Positions 41,291-54,900 of a stretch of 64,000 nucleotides of DNA are shown here, piece after piece. Within the stretch, counting starts at the first letter, position 1. Each line of letters starts with the position of its first letter. The position numbers and the translations under genes are program-made. The notes beneath the pieces are model-generated. The model saw only the letters and a program-made list of their open reading frames with translations, was not told the origin of the DNA and searched no databases. The stretch covers positions 15,748,001 through 15,812,000 of the forward strand of contig JAQFVV010000008.1 of NCBI GenBank assembly GCA_028023455.1. Direction: 5' to 3'. The DNA comes from Epiperipatus broadwayi. Taxonomy: Eukaryota; Animalia; Onychophora.

Positions 41291-43447
41291 CTAGTCTTGC
41301 TTGACAGAATACATAGTAGGTCATCAAATTGGGTGAGAAGGGAAAACTTAAAATTTCTAAGATCCTCAACTCATGGCCAACTTTGATCTCAAATATGTAA
41401 GAAAGGGATAAACCTATATGGGAGTCTCAGGATACCTCCATATAGTTTCATTCATTCTTCCACATCTTTATTTCCATTTCGTCTCAGGATTTGAGCTCAG
41501 GATATAGGAATGGTATTCTACTTCAGCATATGATATAATACTACTTTTAGAAAAAGATGAGTATGATGAATTGATAATCAAATAAGACAATACCCCGATA
41601 AATGAATTTACTTTAAAATAATATGTTTAACAATTTTATTCACAAAAAAAAAATAGCAGTTTATTGACTTTGGACATCCATGCTTATTTTTTTGATTTAT
41701 TATATTAATTATCCCAAATCTCTTTTCCCCTTTTAAAGGATAATCATTTGACATCCTATTGTACAGTTGAAGTTACATCAAAAAAAAAAAGGGGGGGGGT
41801 TAAATTTTTATTAATATTTATATACTGCTTACTTTCTAATTTAGAGTCATTGAAATTATTATTCCAAAAAAAATATATATGTATATTAATTAACTACTTC
41901 AACCTATGGAGATCGTGATTTTAAGACCCTCCTCCTGCCGTTATTTGTTTCAGTTATAAGAGAGTAAAGCTCATTTATATTAAGAGTTTTTAGTCATTCA
42001 TACCGAAAAATAAATAAAATAATAAACAGAATTGGTACGGACAAACAAATAACATTGTTCCTTTGTTAGTGAAGGCAGTTAATGTTTTACAAAATAGACT
42101 TTTACCTTCATCTTTAATGATGATATTCTCTTCTGCAAGCAGCTGTTATCTAGATCTATATTTCATTTTCAATTGAAAAAATTCAAACGGTAGTTTTTTC
42201 CTTTTCCTTTTTAAATACCTAAACAATAGATTGACTCATATAAAGGAGAGATATAAAATAAAGAAATAATATATGCATGTGATTAATTATACAATATCAA
42301 CTTAAAATTATTGCTCATCCAAGAAGGAAAAAATTTTGTGAATATTGAGAATGTCCATATTTTACAATTTCCAATTCAGTTAGTTGGGTTTGAATACTTT
42401 AGAACATTCCTCCTGATGATTCAAATTTCACTTTATTATATGATTCGCTTGATTTGGTGAGATGGAATCCTAAGGTTTGAATAGTGTGTTTCATGCAATC
42501 TGCAGCATAGGTGGATATCTGTCGGTTTAAGTTGAATATAATTATTTTTTTCTTTCTGCAATTATAGATTCATAGTTGATAGATTCTTCCCCACAAAGTC
42601 ACTTTATACTTAGCCACACCATATTTATCTGAATATTTAGTCTTTGAATTTACTGGGTGGCTAAATGTTCTTCTGTTGAGAATCTCAAGATAGAATTGAT
42701 ATGCTTCTTCAGTTAGGGGTTTCAAGATATTCTTGAAATGGGGAGTAGATTTAAAATTTGTCTTTGGATTTTCTAGTTTAAAATTCTCAATTGGTAAAAT
42801 TGAGTTCCCTTTGTTTTTCAAAGTTTCCTTGTTGTTTTATAGTTTTGCTTTTGATGGTTTTTGATCATTATTTTCAACCACAATGATCAATCACAACTTT
42901 CATGGAGTGGAGGTTGATTAGTCAAAAGTTTTTTTTTACTTTATTCACTTTTTAAGAAAAATGTCATTCAAAATATATCTTTTTCCCAATTACTCAAAAT
43001 GAGATTGTTCTTTTTTTATATGTGATAATTTGATTCTTTTAAGTCACGAGTTCATGTATTGAGTTGATTATTGCCATCCATAAAGTTTTAAGATGCATAT
43101 ATATATATGTATAAAGCATTAATGGTAAAGATTTTTAATTATTATTTCTTTCCTTTAAATTTGTATAGTTTTGTTACTTGTGTTTGAATTCGGTCATTTT
43201 TATTCTTATGTTATTATGAAGCATGTGTTGCATAGTCGTTTACGACAAAGTTGTTAATAAAGAAAAATAAATATATATTTCCTTATAAATTTTGTCAATT
43301 TTGAATGTTTAATTTGGTATATGAGTTTTGTTATGTCTGTTTTATATATAAATTATATAAGTAATTAAATATTTCCTTATGTAATAATGTTCATGGGTAT
43401 TATGGTCCTTCCCCAAATCATATTTTATTTGGATTACTTTTACTACA

Positions 43448-44154
43448 TTTATAATAAAAAACACACAATTACTTCTCTATAAAGCAGCTCTAATATTTCG
43501 ACCAGCAAACTGTTTTTCATCACAAAGCACAGCAAAATGGCTATTTCCAGAATTTAAATGCTAAAGCATTACAAACAGTTACATATCAGATAACAAAACT
43601 AATTCCTATAGACTAAAAATCTTTACAAAACTTTGTATAAAAAATACAAAAAAACTCTTTCACAAAAAGCTTTTTTTAAAAAATTAAAACCATACATATA
43701 TTATTATTATATAGTAAAATATATCAAAAAACAATAAAATATACTATTATACATGTACACACCAAAAAAAACCTATATATATATTCTCCTATATGTATTT
43801 TACTATACCCATATATATATATTCCCCTATATGCTAATCCACCTATACAATAATTACATAGGAAACAAAAAACCAAAAAACAAATCCACAGGTAATTCAA
43901 GGATGTGATAGTACCTATATTCATATTCATACCATGAGGATTTAAAAATAAAAAAACTCTCCTGTTTTCTTTCTCTCATGGAAGAAAAAAATATCTTCCA
44001 ATATAACTACTCTTAAATAATCAATCGAGTGATCAGGTAAATTGAAATGTTTGGAAACTGGTCTATCTTCATTTTTATGTAAAACATCAAACCTATGGTT
44101 GGTAACTAATATGTAGATTGTTTGCTGACTCATCTATGTAACAACTCAAGCATC
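43448..44154 (-). mobile_element. Penelope-like element 3' fragment (GIY-YIG endonuclease C-terminus plus tail)
   Basis: NHRFDV....RPVSKHFNLPDHSIDYLRVVILE...LNPHGMN is typical of PLE GIY-YIG ends. Absent from the sister repeat at 52740. Possible 7-bp TSD TACTACA at 43441-43447 and 44155-44161. Degenerate hammerhead-like GTGATGA..CAGTTTGCTGGTC-GAAA at ~43490-43525. Confidence 0.75.
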
Positions 44155-44399
44155 TACTACAATCTATTAAATATACCATAGTCTATAGTGGCTTCTATAT
44201 CAAAAAGGTTGGTGTGCTGAGTTATAATGTTTTGATTGATGAGAGGGTTTAATGTTTTATGTGGATATGTAAGATGCAATATTACATTTTCTTCTGCCAA
44301 AAAAATTTAAAGAGTAATTAATATATTTAATTCTATATCCTTATTTTAAAAAAAAATTTTTTTTTAAAAAAAAATGAAGGTGTTCTATAGAATCTATAC

Positions 44400-47100
44400 A
44401 TATGCATATATATATTTTCTTGATATGGTTTTCTTGTATTATAAATTCCTTGGATTCCATTCTCGCAATCTAACTAATATGCATTTGGACTGGCACATTT
44501 AGTGTTAGTAATGTACAGATTGCAGAATTTGTGGAAAATAATTCCTTTGGATTGCTTACATGCAGGGTTTTGACAAATACCCTGTCTCCAATTTTAAATT
44601 AGTATTTGGATTTCTTTTTGTTTTTGACTCATCTTTTCTCATTTGTATTAATTTTTGATATGTTTTCATTTGATCACTTTCCAGATTTATGGGTGATTCT
44701 GTTAGTATTGGTATGGGCATTTTGATAGGATTAGAGTGTTTTTACCCAAGTGTAATCTAATGGATGTGAATCCAGTGGATTCACTTACACTCTAGTTTAT
44801 GAAGTTTATTACATACTGTGTATGTTTCACCCAATCTTTATGTTTATCCTTTAAATAAGTCCTGAACAAATGTCCAAGTTCTGACTGTGGATTTCTAAAA
44901 GAGATTAGTACATGTATTATTTGATACTTTTCTACCCATTTGATCCATTCTTTGGATGGGAAAGGAGCACCGTGATCGGTTAAGGTCATCCCTGATTTTC
45001 CAACTTTTTCAAAATGGAGTGTCTCTAATATGTTGATAGTATGTTTAGTGTTAGCTTGAGGTATTTGGTAAGCTGACACAAATTTTGAGAAAAGATCATA
45101 GACTACTAGTAAGTATTTTTTCTTGTTGATTAATGGACAATAAAAGTCCAGAGCTAAGACCTTGTTTGATCTTTCTGGGATAATTGACTTCATTGAACTT
45201 ATATAACTTTTTGTTTAATGGCTTGGTACTTAAGCATATGCAATAACCTTGGATTTCATTCATTATGTTTTTGTATATTCTAGGCCAGTAAAACCAGTTC
45301 TTTAATATTTGTTCAGTTTTGTGGACTTTGTAGTGCCCATATTGTGTGAATGGACCTTTCAAGATTTCAGGTATTTCAGGTACTATTATCCTCCATTCAT
45401 CTTTGTCATTATTTAATTTGTATTTTAAGACCTGTTTATCTAATTGGTAATATTTAAGATTGTTGGCTTTATAAAGAATTTTCTCTTTTTTTTTAGTTTT
45501 AATAATGGGAAACAGATCTTTATCTTTGTTTTGAAGGTTCTGAATATTTTTTGAGTTGTTATCTACATTTTCATTAATCAGGAAATTAATGTTTAAAATA
45601 TAGGTATTGTCTACCTTAGATGTTGTTCTAGCTGAAATGGATTTCGACTTAGCACATCGGCTACAATGTTTCCAGGTCTTTTACAGTATTGTACTGTGTA
45701 AATGGATTCTTGTACCAGAAAACTCCATTTAACAAGATGATTATTACTTAAGTAGCTGTGATTTAAGAATTCAAGACTTTTATGTTCAGTGATCACTATC
45801 ATCTCTGATCCGAGAAGTATTTGTCAAAATTTTTGGAAAGCCCACACTATTGCCAGTATTTCTTACTCAGTAACCATATAATTTATTTCTGGAGCTTTTA
45901 ACAGGCGGCTAATGACAGAGAACTCTTGTTTGGCCAGCCTCTTGAATTTGGGATATGGTTATTCCCAATCCATATCCATTACTATCAGTTTGAATGATGA
46001 GGGGTTTATCAAAATCAGGAAAAGCTAGCATAACTTGCTCTAAAAATTTTGTTTTAATTTTATCAAACACTTTGACTTGTTCTTCACCCCAATCCCATCA
46101 TAAATCTTTTCTGATTAGTTTTAACAACGGTTCCATGTGATAAGCAAATTTTGGGTAGAAACAGTTATAAAAATCACATAATCCCAGAAATGATCTGATT
46201 TTCTTTTTGTTTTTAGGCTTAGGAAAATTCTGTATCGTACTAATCTTATCAGGATGAGGCCTTATTCCATTACAACCAATAATATGACCTAAGAAGATTA
46301 CTTCATTGCATACTAATGTACTCTTCTTAAAATTGACTTTTATCCCTTTGTTGGAATATTCAAGTTCTAAATTTCATATTCTATGGTTAACAGAAAGGTT
46401 GATAGTTTCAACTTCATTTTGTAGAGTATCATGGCTCTTAATTAATTTTTCAATACTACTTTTGTTTTGCATCACTTGTGTTCCGATTAAACCTTGTTTT
46501 ATTTCAATACATTTAGAATCGTATTTTATTGCATTGATTTTCTTTCCTTGAATTTCCAGTTTATTTTTTAAGTCTTCCTTAGATTGATTCATCTCTAATT
46601 GTGACTCTCCTAGTTTATTATCTGCCTTTATTTGATATTTTCTTTGATCTTGTTCTATTTCTGATTTGAACATATTATGGTTTTGTTTCATTTCTAAGAA
46701 CTTACTATCTAATTTACTTATATTTTTTTTTTTAGTTTGTTAAAACCTTTATTCACATTTACTGTCCTTTTCCTCATTGTCTTCTTTTATTTCTACCAAT
46801 TTAATATTGATATCCAACTGCAAATGGTTTATGGCAGTATTTTGTTTTGCTATGTCAGTTTTTAATTCAGATAATTCTGATTTCAATTCCGTTTTGAGTT
46901 CAATACATTCAACAGTTTATTTTTCCATTTTAGTGGATAATTCAGCATTTCATTTTTCCATTTTCCATTTTAGTGGATAATTCAGCATTTCATTTTTCCA
47001 TTTTTGATAGTTCAGTTGTTATATTTACTGACATTTGTTGAATCATTACCCTCAATTGATTAAACATCATTCATGCTTGTTTTTTCTTCTTTTGTATCTG
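44400..47100 (-). pseudogene. Gypsy remnants: coiled-coil gag N-terminus joined to RT C-end, RNase H and integrase
   Basis: Coiled-coil ORF 46374-46691 and upstream. Then GIKVNFKK...EVIFLGHII...PDKISTIQNFPKPKNKKKIRSFLGLC, QTDSNGYGLG, TEHKSLEFL, H..YGH...HKT...LKNWFYWP..CCIC, LALDFYCPL and LTDHGAPF. Confidence 0.85.
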
Positions 47101-47566
47101 TGGGATCAGTGATTTTTCAGAGGATTGAATATTTTCTAGTATAGCCCTCCCCCTGTCCCCATTTTTTAAAGGTATTGTTTAATTCAACTTTTTTATTTTT
47201 CCTACTTTTAGGTCTTAGGATTTAGATTGTTTAAGTGACTGACTACATACTATTTCATTTTGTTTAATTTTATTACTCTTCAGTAATCTTTAATAAGTTA
47301 ATATCAATTCATCATATTGTAATAATAATTAATATTTGTGTATAAGAGAATAAATTTTTATAGTCTCTAAAGTTGGTAAGATCATCACTATGAGATCAAA
47401 TATCCAATATCATTTATTTGTCCATAATGTTGTCATAAACACCTAAATAAATAATCAATCAAATAAGATTGAAATAAACAACTATTAATAAGTATATTTA
47501 AATATTTATCAAACTGGCTTTCATCTCCATTGAGACCTTCTCAAGATATTATACTATATAATTCAC

Positions 47567-50150
47567 ATGTGATGTGATGTACTGTGACTTTTCCTTAAAC
47601 GGAGTCAGGAATCTCTCAGCAGCTATGCCCAGAGAAACCTGTTAGCCACTTTACCTTCCTTTTCCATTGTCCACCCTAAGTTTTCCCATAATCTGCTCCA
47701 TCCCATTTCCACAACATAATCTTTGTCAACTCCATGACCTTCATATCTAAATCCCCCTTATTTTTCCCCAAACCCAGCATAAAAACCAATAACTCTCTGT
47801 ATAATCACTTTGTTCATATTTAACCTTCCATAACTTCATTATTTGTACCCTTTCTGCTTCCAAACATTTACATTGAAGTAACAGATGCCTAATATTTTCT
47901 ATGCCTTCTTTACACAACTTACAGACTAAATAACCCATATTTTTCCATTTACGTGTATATTCCCTTGTTGCTAAAGATCCTGTTCGAGCCTTAAACAATA
48001 AACTACTTTCCTTACTATTATCGTAAATTAACTCACAACCAATGTTCCGTTTACTTATATATATATTTAAACTCGTTTTACTCTTCCATACTAGTTCTTC
48101 ATCTGTCCAACTCCCTATTTTTTATTAAAGCATCTATTCTTCTATCCCACTCCTTCCCACTATAACACTCAACAATCCTCCTAACACAATCATCCCATCT
48201 TTTGTACAAGTATACTGACATAACTTCTTTATCCAATTCTTCTGCATACCGCATTACCTTTCTCACCCATCTTGTTGGCTGCCCTTTACTTGTAACCCAA
48301 TTAAATACTATTTTGGCTATTCTTTTATTATCCATGAACTGCAATCTACCGAACATTTTCAATTTGCTTTTTGCATCCCTCATATAAAAACTTGACCATC
48401 CCATTTCTCCTTGAATTGCCTCTTTTGCTGTCCACACCTCAGCATCTAATGCATGTCTTCCTACTTCCCTTTGTACTTTTTCTAAGCAATCTAATACCCC
48501 TTTACTAACACATAATGCATCATTGCCGTATGTTAACCCTGCTACTGCCACTCCCTTCCAGACAATTCTAGCTACATCATATTTATTATATGAAAACAGT
48601 GTTAATTTCTTTATCAATCCCTTTCTTTTCTTTGCTTCATTTATCAATTTTTTCTCCCATTCATCCAAGCAATTTTTCTTATTACTCAAGATGATTCCCA
48701 AATAACTATATCTATTCACCACACTTAACTTTATATTCCCCAATAAGAAATCTTTGTCTTCTCTTTCCCCAGTATTCACTATCATTATATTTGATTTTTC
48801 TTCACTAAATTTAATCCCCATATCTTTACCCACCCTTGCGCATGTCCTCAGCATAACTTCCATATCTTCTCTTCTTTCTGCACACAAAAAGACATCATCC
48901 GCAAAAAAAAAGTCCGGACAATGTATATACTCTCTTGCCACCTGTTAACGGTATCTCTATCCCTCTTCCTAGTCTTTCTATTGCTCTCTCCATTTCACTC
49001 AAATACAACACGAACAAAATAGGTGACATAGGGCATCCTTGCCTCAGTCCCACCCCATTTTTAACTTTAACTGATTCTATATCCCCTAATTGGTATGTAT
49101 AGTAATTATTTTCATATAATTTCTTAATAACACCCACTAAAGCTTCATCCATTCCCAGATTTGTTAAACTTATCCATAATCTATTTCTATTCACTCTATC
49201 ATATGCCTTCTCTATATCTATAAAACTATATACAACTGTCTACCTGAATTCCTACTCATATCTATAAGTTGTGTAACTACAAATAAACTATCTCCTATAA
49301 GCCTATCTGACCTAAAACCTCCTTGCATTTCCCCCACTACATTATTTTCTTCCATCCATTTTCCAACTCTTCCAGCCACCATATATGAAAAACTTTATAT
49401 AAAACTGATGTTACTGCTATTGGTCTATAATTATTTAACTTTCTATGATCCTTACCTTTTCCTTTAAATAATAATCTTACTCTTGTATTACTCCAACTAC
49501 CCGGAAAAACTCTCTTCTGTGCCATCTTATTAAAACATGATAGTAACTTTACTTTTGCCCTATGCCCCAAATTCATTACCATCTCTGTTGCCCATCCATC
49601 TAATCCTCTTGTCTTACCACTTCTCAATTACTTCACTGCCTCATTCAGTTCATTTTCTGTAAATGCAATATTCCCATTACTATATGCTTTCATATTTACT
49701 ATCCCTCTGTCCTTCACATCTAACATCTTTTCTATATCCATTACATAACTATTCAATATTCTAATTCTTCTCTAGAGCTACACTCTATTCCCTCCTCATC
49801 CAGTAATACTATCTCTCTCTCCCCTAAATTTCTCCTTTTAATGTAATTCCAAAATTTTTTACTCCCATCTCTTCCACTTTTATTAATATCATCCAATAAT
49901 TTACTATTTAGTTTCATTCTCGCTCTATAATTATCTATTTTAGCTAACTTCTTCTTTTCTAAGTACTTTTCCCATTTAGCATTAATATCTTTTTCACTTT
50001 CTTTGTTCTTAATAGCACACTTATATTCTCTGCATGCTTTTTTCCTCTCTTTTACACTTTTACTAACTCTCATTTTTCTATTACTTTTATTCACTCCATC
50101 TACTGGATACAATTTACATTACATTTCCTTTTAAACATGTACCCATATAT
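47567..50150 (-). mobile_element. 5'-truncated non-LTR retrotransposon (RT plus C-terminal CCHC; clade unassigned)
   Basis: Consecutive broken ORFs: RSGKTRGLDG, NYRPIAVTSVLYK, GLRQGCPMSPILF, FFADDVFL, YSYLGI, GEMGWSSF and CKLCKEGIENIRHLLLQC. The 3' end has a short (CACAT)n tail at 47567-47580. No endonuclease domain retained. Confidence 0.9.
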
Positions 50151-50535
50151 TATAAATAAATAAATTTAACATATTATACATCTAAAAAAAAATTTGCCTT
50201 TGGATTTTCTAGTTTGAAATTCTCAATCGGTTGAATTGAGTTCCCTTCATTTTTCAAGGTTTCTTTGTTGTTTATAGTTTTGCTTTTGATGATTGTTGAT
50301 CATTATTTTCGACCACGAAGATCGATCACAACTTTCACAGAGCAGATGTTGATTAGTCAAAGGACTTTTTTTCTTTATCCATTTTTTAAAAAAAATGCCA
50401 TTCAAAACCTATCTTTTTCCGATTACCCAAAACGAGGTTGTTCTTTTTTTAGTGTATGTTAATGCGATTCTTTTATATCATGAGTTTAAGTTCATGTATT
50501 GAGTTGATTGACATAATGTTTTAAGTCATATATAT

Positions 50536-52448
50536 TGTACTGCTATTATAGCACTACATATTTATAATAATTTATCTAAAATTATTAAAATAAAAAAAAT
50601 TCATAAACGTAAAGATTTTAAAATTAAAATTTTAATAAATAAAAATCACTGCAGAATAAAGTTACCAATAAATGACTAAAATAAGTTTTGTCAAAAGAAA
50701 TGATTAAAAGTTCAATAAATAAAAAAATATAATTTACAATAAGTTTAAAAAAGAGGTGTTATTTAGAAAGTTAAAGAGTTTTCTTTTAAAAAATGCAGTT
50801 TGCCAGGGGAATGAAATGCTGCATTATTCATAAAATTTTACAAATTAAAGAGCGATTAGAATGGGAGAAAATTTAACTTAGTAAAATTTAAAAAACTTAA
50901 AAACTAAAATCTCTCCTTCCATTTATTTAAGAATGAGGGATATATGTGTAAAGTAAAGCTAATTTTAAATTTGTAAAGGAACAAAATGTATGCTTATTAA
51001 AGAAAAAGAAAATGAAAGTAAAGGAAATCTTATAATATGAACTTAAAATTCACTCAAAGATTGCTTGTCCGATAAATAAAGAATGGGAATTAGTATTTAT
51101 AAACTGCTACAAATATAAACAATGGGAATAATTTAAAAAACTGTATCTTATCCAAAGTTAGATTGGTCTAGACATTGGCAAAATAATTAATAAAATTTAA
51201 TTAAATTTATAAATTAATTAAACTGATTCAGAAAGATAAGAAAATGAACAACAAGAAGGGATCATATAAATAGGCCAAAAAAAAAAAATCTATTCAATTG
51301 GTTCTTTTCACTTCGGACTCTTCTTTTCTTAACTTGTCACTGTATTTTGATTTATGAGTGTCAATTAAAATCACGTCGTGCTAAGCAGAAGTCAGAACAT
51401 GCGATCGAGCTCCAACCTTCATCCATAAGATCAGCATTCTATCCTATATAAGCCATGCCCCTCTAATAATTTGGAGTTGCCAAGAATATCTATCTGCTCG
51501 AAGTAAGATGCAGCCCAGATCTACAATCATCAGGTCATCATCAGAAACCTAAAATCCAACCGGTTGATAAATCATCCATACAGCAAGACAGCGAGAAGCC
51601 ACATCTCCCAGAATACAATGTGTCCAAAAATCCTAGGTAATATAAATTTCTTATTCCCATTCATAGATTAATACTAACTTTATTGAATGATAGTAGCAAT
51701 AGCAATCTTTGAGTGGTCTTGATATTCAGCATATAGATGAACTATAATATGTGCGTGTATATCAATCGCCCAGTGTATTAGCCAAATGTTTCGCAAAGCT
51801 TTCCTGAAATCCTGAAATAATTAGTATTTATAGTCCGAGTATGTATACACATTTAGATGTATATTAATTATATTATTTCATTATCAAGTGTTTATTAAGA
51901 ATATGTGTGTATAGAATTGATATCATTTTATTGTTATATGTTTTATTGAGAGTATGTGTGCATAAAAGTGTGACAATTATATTATTATTAAAGGTGTAAT
52001 AAAATTAACTTATAAATTTCTAGTAACAAATTTATTTAAAATATATTACAAAAAAACATTGTCTGCTAATTAGTGTTGAGTAGTTCTTTTCTAGTTATAC
52101 CACTAATAAACAATTTTCTTAAATAGGTCACTGGGTAATCTATTAGATTTATTCTTGGTAATTTCATTATTGAGCTAGTGGGATAAATCAGGCGCTAAAT
52201 TAGTAGTCGTCATTCAGGGCATGTTAATTACTTTGCGTAATTTGTTGGCACCTGAGGTTCTCCTCAAAACAAATAAAGTTCTTTGGATGACAGGTGTTTG
52301 AATTTAGCAGCCGAGAAGTTCTGTAGCCTGGAAATGTGGCTGTAGGTTATACCTTGTGTAACCTGTCTGGTTACAGGTACCCCCGGGTATCACTTCAATA
52401 TAACAGGTAATTTATAGGATAGTAGCGATCATATTCCCACCCGGTTCA
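50536..52448 (+). mobile_element. Putative 1.9-kb solo LTR inserted in the 5' repeat of the 42.3-52.9-kb element
   Basis: Starts TG (50536), ends CA (52448), 4-bp TSD ATAT. The flanks rejoin into sequence contiguous in the sister repeat (~43085-43105). TATA-like CTATATAAG ~51445 and AATAAA ~52273. Confidence 0.6.
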
Positions 52449-52914
52449 ATATGTATAAGGGATTAATGATAAAGGTTTTTAATTATTATTTCTTTCCTTT
52501 AAATTTTTATAATTTTGTTGCTTGCATTTAAATTTGGTCATCTTTATTCTTATATTGTTATGATGCATGTGTTGTATAGTCGTTTACAACAAAAGAAAAA
52601 TAAATATAAATTTTGTCAATTTTCAATGTTTAATTTGGTATGTGTCCGTTTTAAAATAATTAAATATTTCCTTATGCAATACTGTTCATGGGTATTATTG
52701 TAACTTTTGGAAATATTTTATTTGGATTACTTTTACTATATATATATAGTCTATAGTGGCTTCTATATCAAGAAGGTTGGTGTGCTGAGTTATAACATTT
52801 TGATTGATGAGGGGGTTTAATGGTTTATGTGGGCATGTAAAATGCAATATTACAAAATATATATATATAGTTAACGATATATAAATAGTCCCATAGGCAA
52901 ACATAAATAACAAT

Positions 52915-54900
52915 TAAGATCTATAAGACCTGTTCAATCCCTAATTTGCTTTGGCACTTTTGGAGGCAGGTTCTCCACACTGGAAGCTTAAGGTGTATAT
53001 AGTGATGTCCAGCACCAAAATTAAATGTCCATCTGCTTACCGGAAGCTTCCATCAACAAGGGTTTGTTTCTTTTTGCCACCTGGCTTCTATCCATTGATT
53101 ATCCAATTACTCTTCTGATTGATTCTTTTTTCAGATCCTGCTGATAAGATCATTATATTATTTATTCAAGATACATCCTAGTCACAGGGATTATTTCTAA
53201 TGATACAGGTGTCATTTTAATTTTACCTGGTTCCCCAATTAAACAACCTAGGATATTTGTCTCATTTCCATTTTTAATTCAATCTTTTTTATGAATGCAA
53301 GTTTTATGCCCAATTTTCTGAAATGGTCCTGGCCTATTAAGTATAGAGGTAACTTAAATACTTTTCCTTCTATTCTATTGATAAGGACTTTAACCACATC
53401 TTTAATTTTGATAGCATTTCTGTTACACCCAAGGCTTTTAGTGCAGTTTTCTCAATTGTCCAGGATTTTGTACAATTTACAACTACAGAGAACCATTCCT
53501 GGACTGAAATTAGAGATATGCCACTATCTCTGTTAATCTCTATGGATATAGGCTGTTGCACAGTTTTAATTTTAGAATTATTTTATCATCTTCAGTGGTC
53601 AACATATTTTTAATATTGGTTAACTGATTTTCCTGACTACTGAATGCACCCCTATGCCTATTTCTTTCTTTACCAGGTTCTTTTTTTTTTTTACTTACAC
53701 ATTGTTTCGATGTGACTTTTTTTTTTAAAAAAAATTTTGCAATGTTCATCTTTCTGGAAACAGTTTCTGGCCTTGAGGTTATTTTCCCCACAACAAAAAC
53801 AATCAAATAGATTTTTACAGGTAGCATTATTGTCTTTTCTATCAGTAATTCTTTTTTAATCACCTTATAAGTTTTGAAAATGTCAGTTTGCACATTACCA
53901 TTGCATTTGTTTCGAGATTTGTGAGAACTAGTTTGTAGGTTATCTGTTTTATAACTTCATTATAATTTATGCCATTATTGGCTGATAATTGTTGTCTTAA
54001 ATTGTCATTAATCACACCCCTCAGAAATTGCTCTAGGAGGGCCTCATCAAGGAAGGGCCCATAGATACAAATTTTTTGCCAGATTACGAAGAGCAATATC
54101 ATAATCTTTTACTCTTTCATACCTTTCATGATAACAGATATGGAAATGAAGTTTGGCAACACGTCTAATGGAATGGGGATTAAAATAATTTAATAATCGA
54201 TCTTTAATTTGATTGTATAAAAAATCTTCAAGAGTATGAGATTCTGAAAGCCTGGTTGTTATTTCTATAATTCTTTTACCAGCAAAGCACAATAATGTTG
54301 CTAATTTAATTTTATTCTCTTGAACTCTATTAATGAAGAGATATTTTTTGACATGTTGGACATACAAATGGCCAACTACTAGCCTCACTGACTTCGAACT
54401 CTCCAATTGACAATTGCATTTTAGCCAATAGTTCTATACACCTAAATCTAACTGTTAAAACATTAATTGATTCAATGTTCAAATCAGAACTGTGCCAATT
54501 TCTATGTCTGGAAGCATAACTCTTGCTCTCCAGACCCCATGAGATCTAAATTTATCCCCTTGTAAAAACCACAACTAATATGATTAAAATTTAGTATTTA
54601 ATATGGATATACAGATGTTTACATTATTAATTTCCATATATACAATTTAATGATAAATAGCCCTGTAGGTACACATAAATGATAATTAAAATCTACACAT
54701 TTGCAAGCAAGTTCTCCACACTGCAAACATAAGATATACATGGTGACATCCAGCACCAAAGTTAAATGTCCATCTGCCCACTAGATGCATTTCTTTTTGT
54801 CATCTGGGTTCTATCCATTGATTGTCCAATTATTTTTCTGAGTGGCCCTGATTTCAGATTCTGCCGATAAGGTAATTATTTCATTTATTCAAGCTACGTA
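52915..54900 (-). mobile_element. Heavily decayed, internally deleted Gypsy element (gag-PR remnant between LTR-like repeats)
   Basis: gag ORF 54047-54406 is homologous to the 33.1-33.5-kb gag; protease remnant IEINRDSGISLIS. PBS-like TGGCACAGTTCTGATTTGAAC at 54477-54497. 52915-53180 and 54680-54900 are homologous direct repeats. Confidence 0.7.

Larger units (their letters stand above)
42290..52854 (-). mobile_element. Decayed, internally deleted Gypsy element with long putative LTRs, interrupted by three nested insertions
   Basis: Two homologous repeats begin TGTAATATTGCA on the minus strand at 52854 and 44286; the latter is preceded by a purine tract GGCAGAAGAAAA. Homology runs 52854->50190 versus 44286->42770 once insertions are removed. 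Gypsy coding remnants lie between them. Left boundary, PBS and TSD not resolved. Confidence 0.6.
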
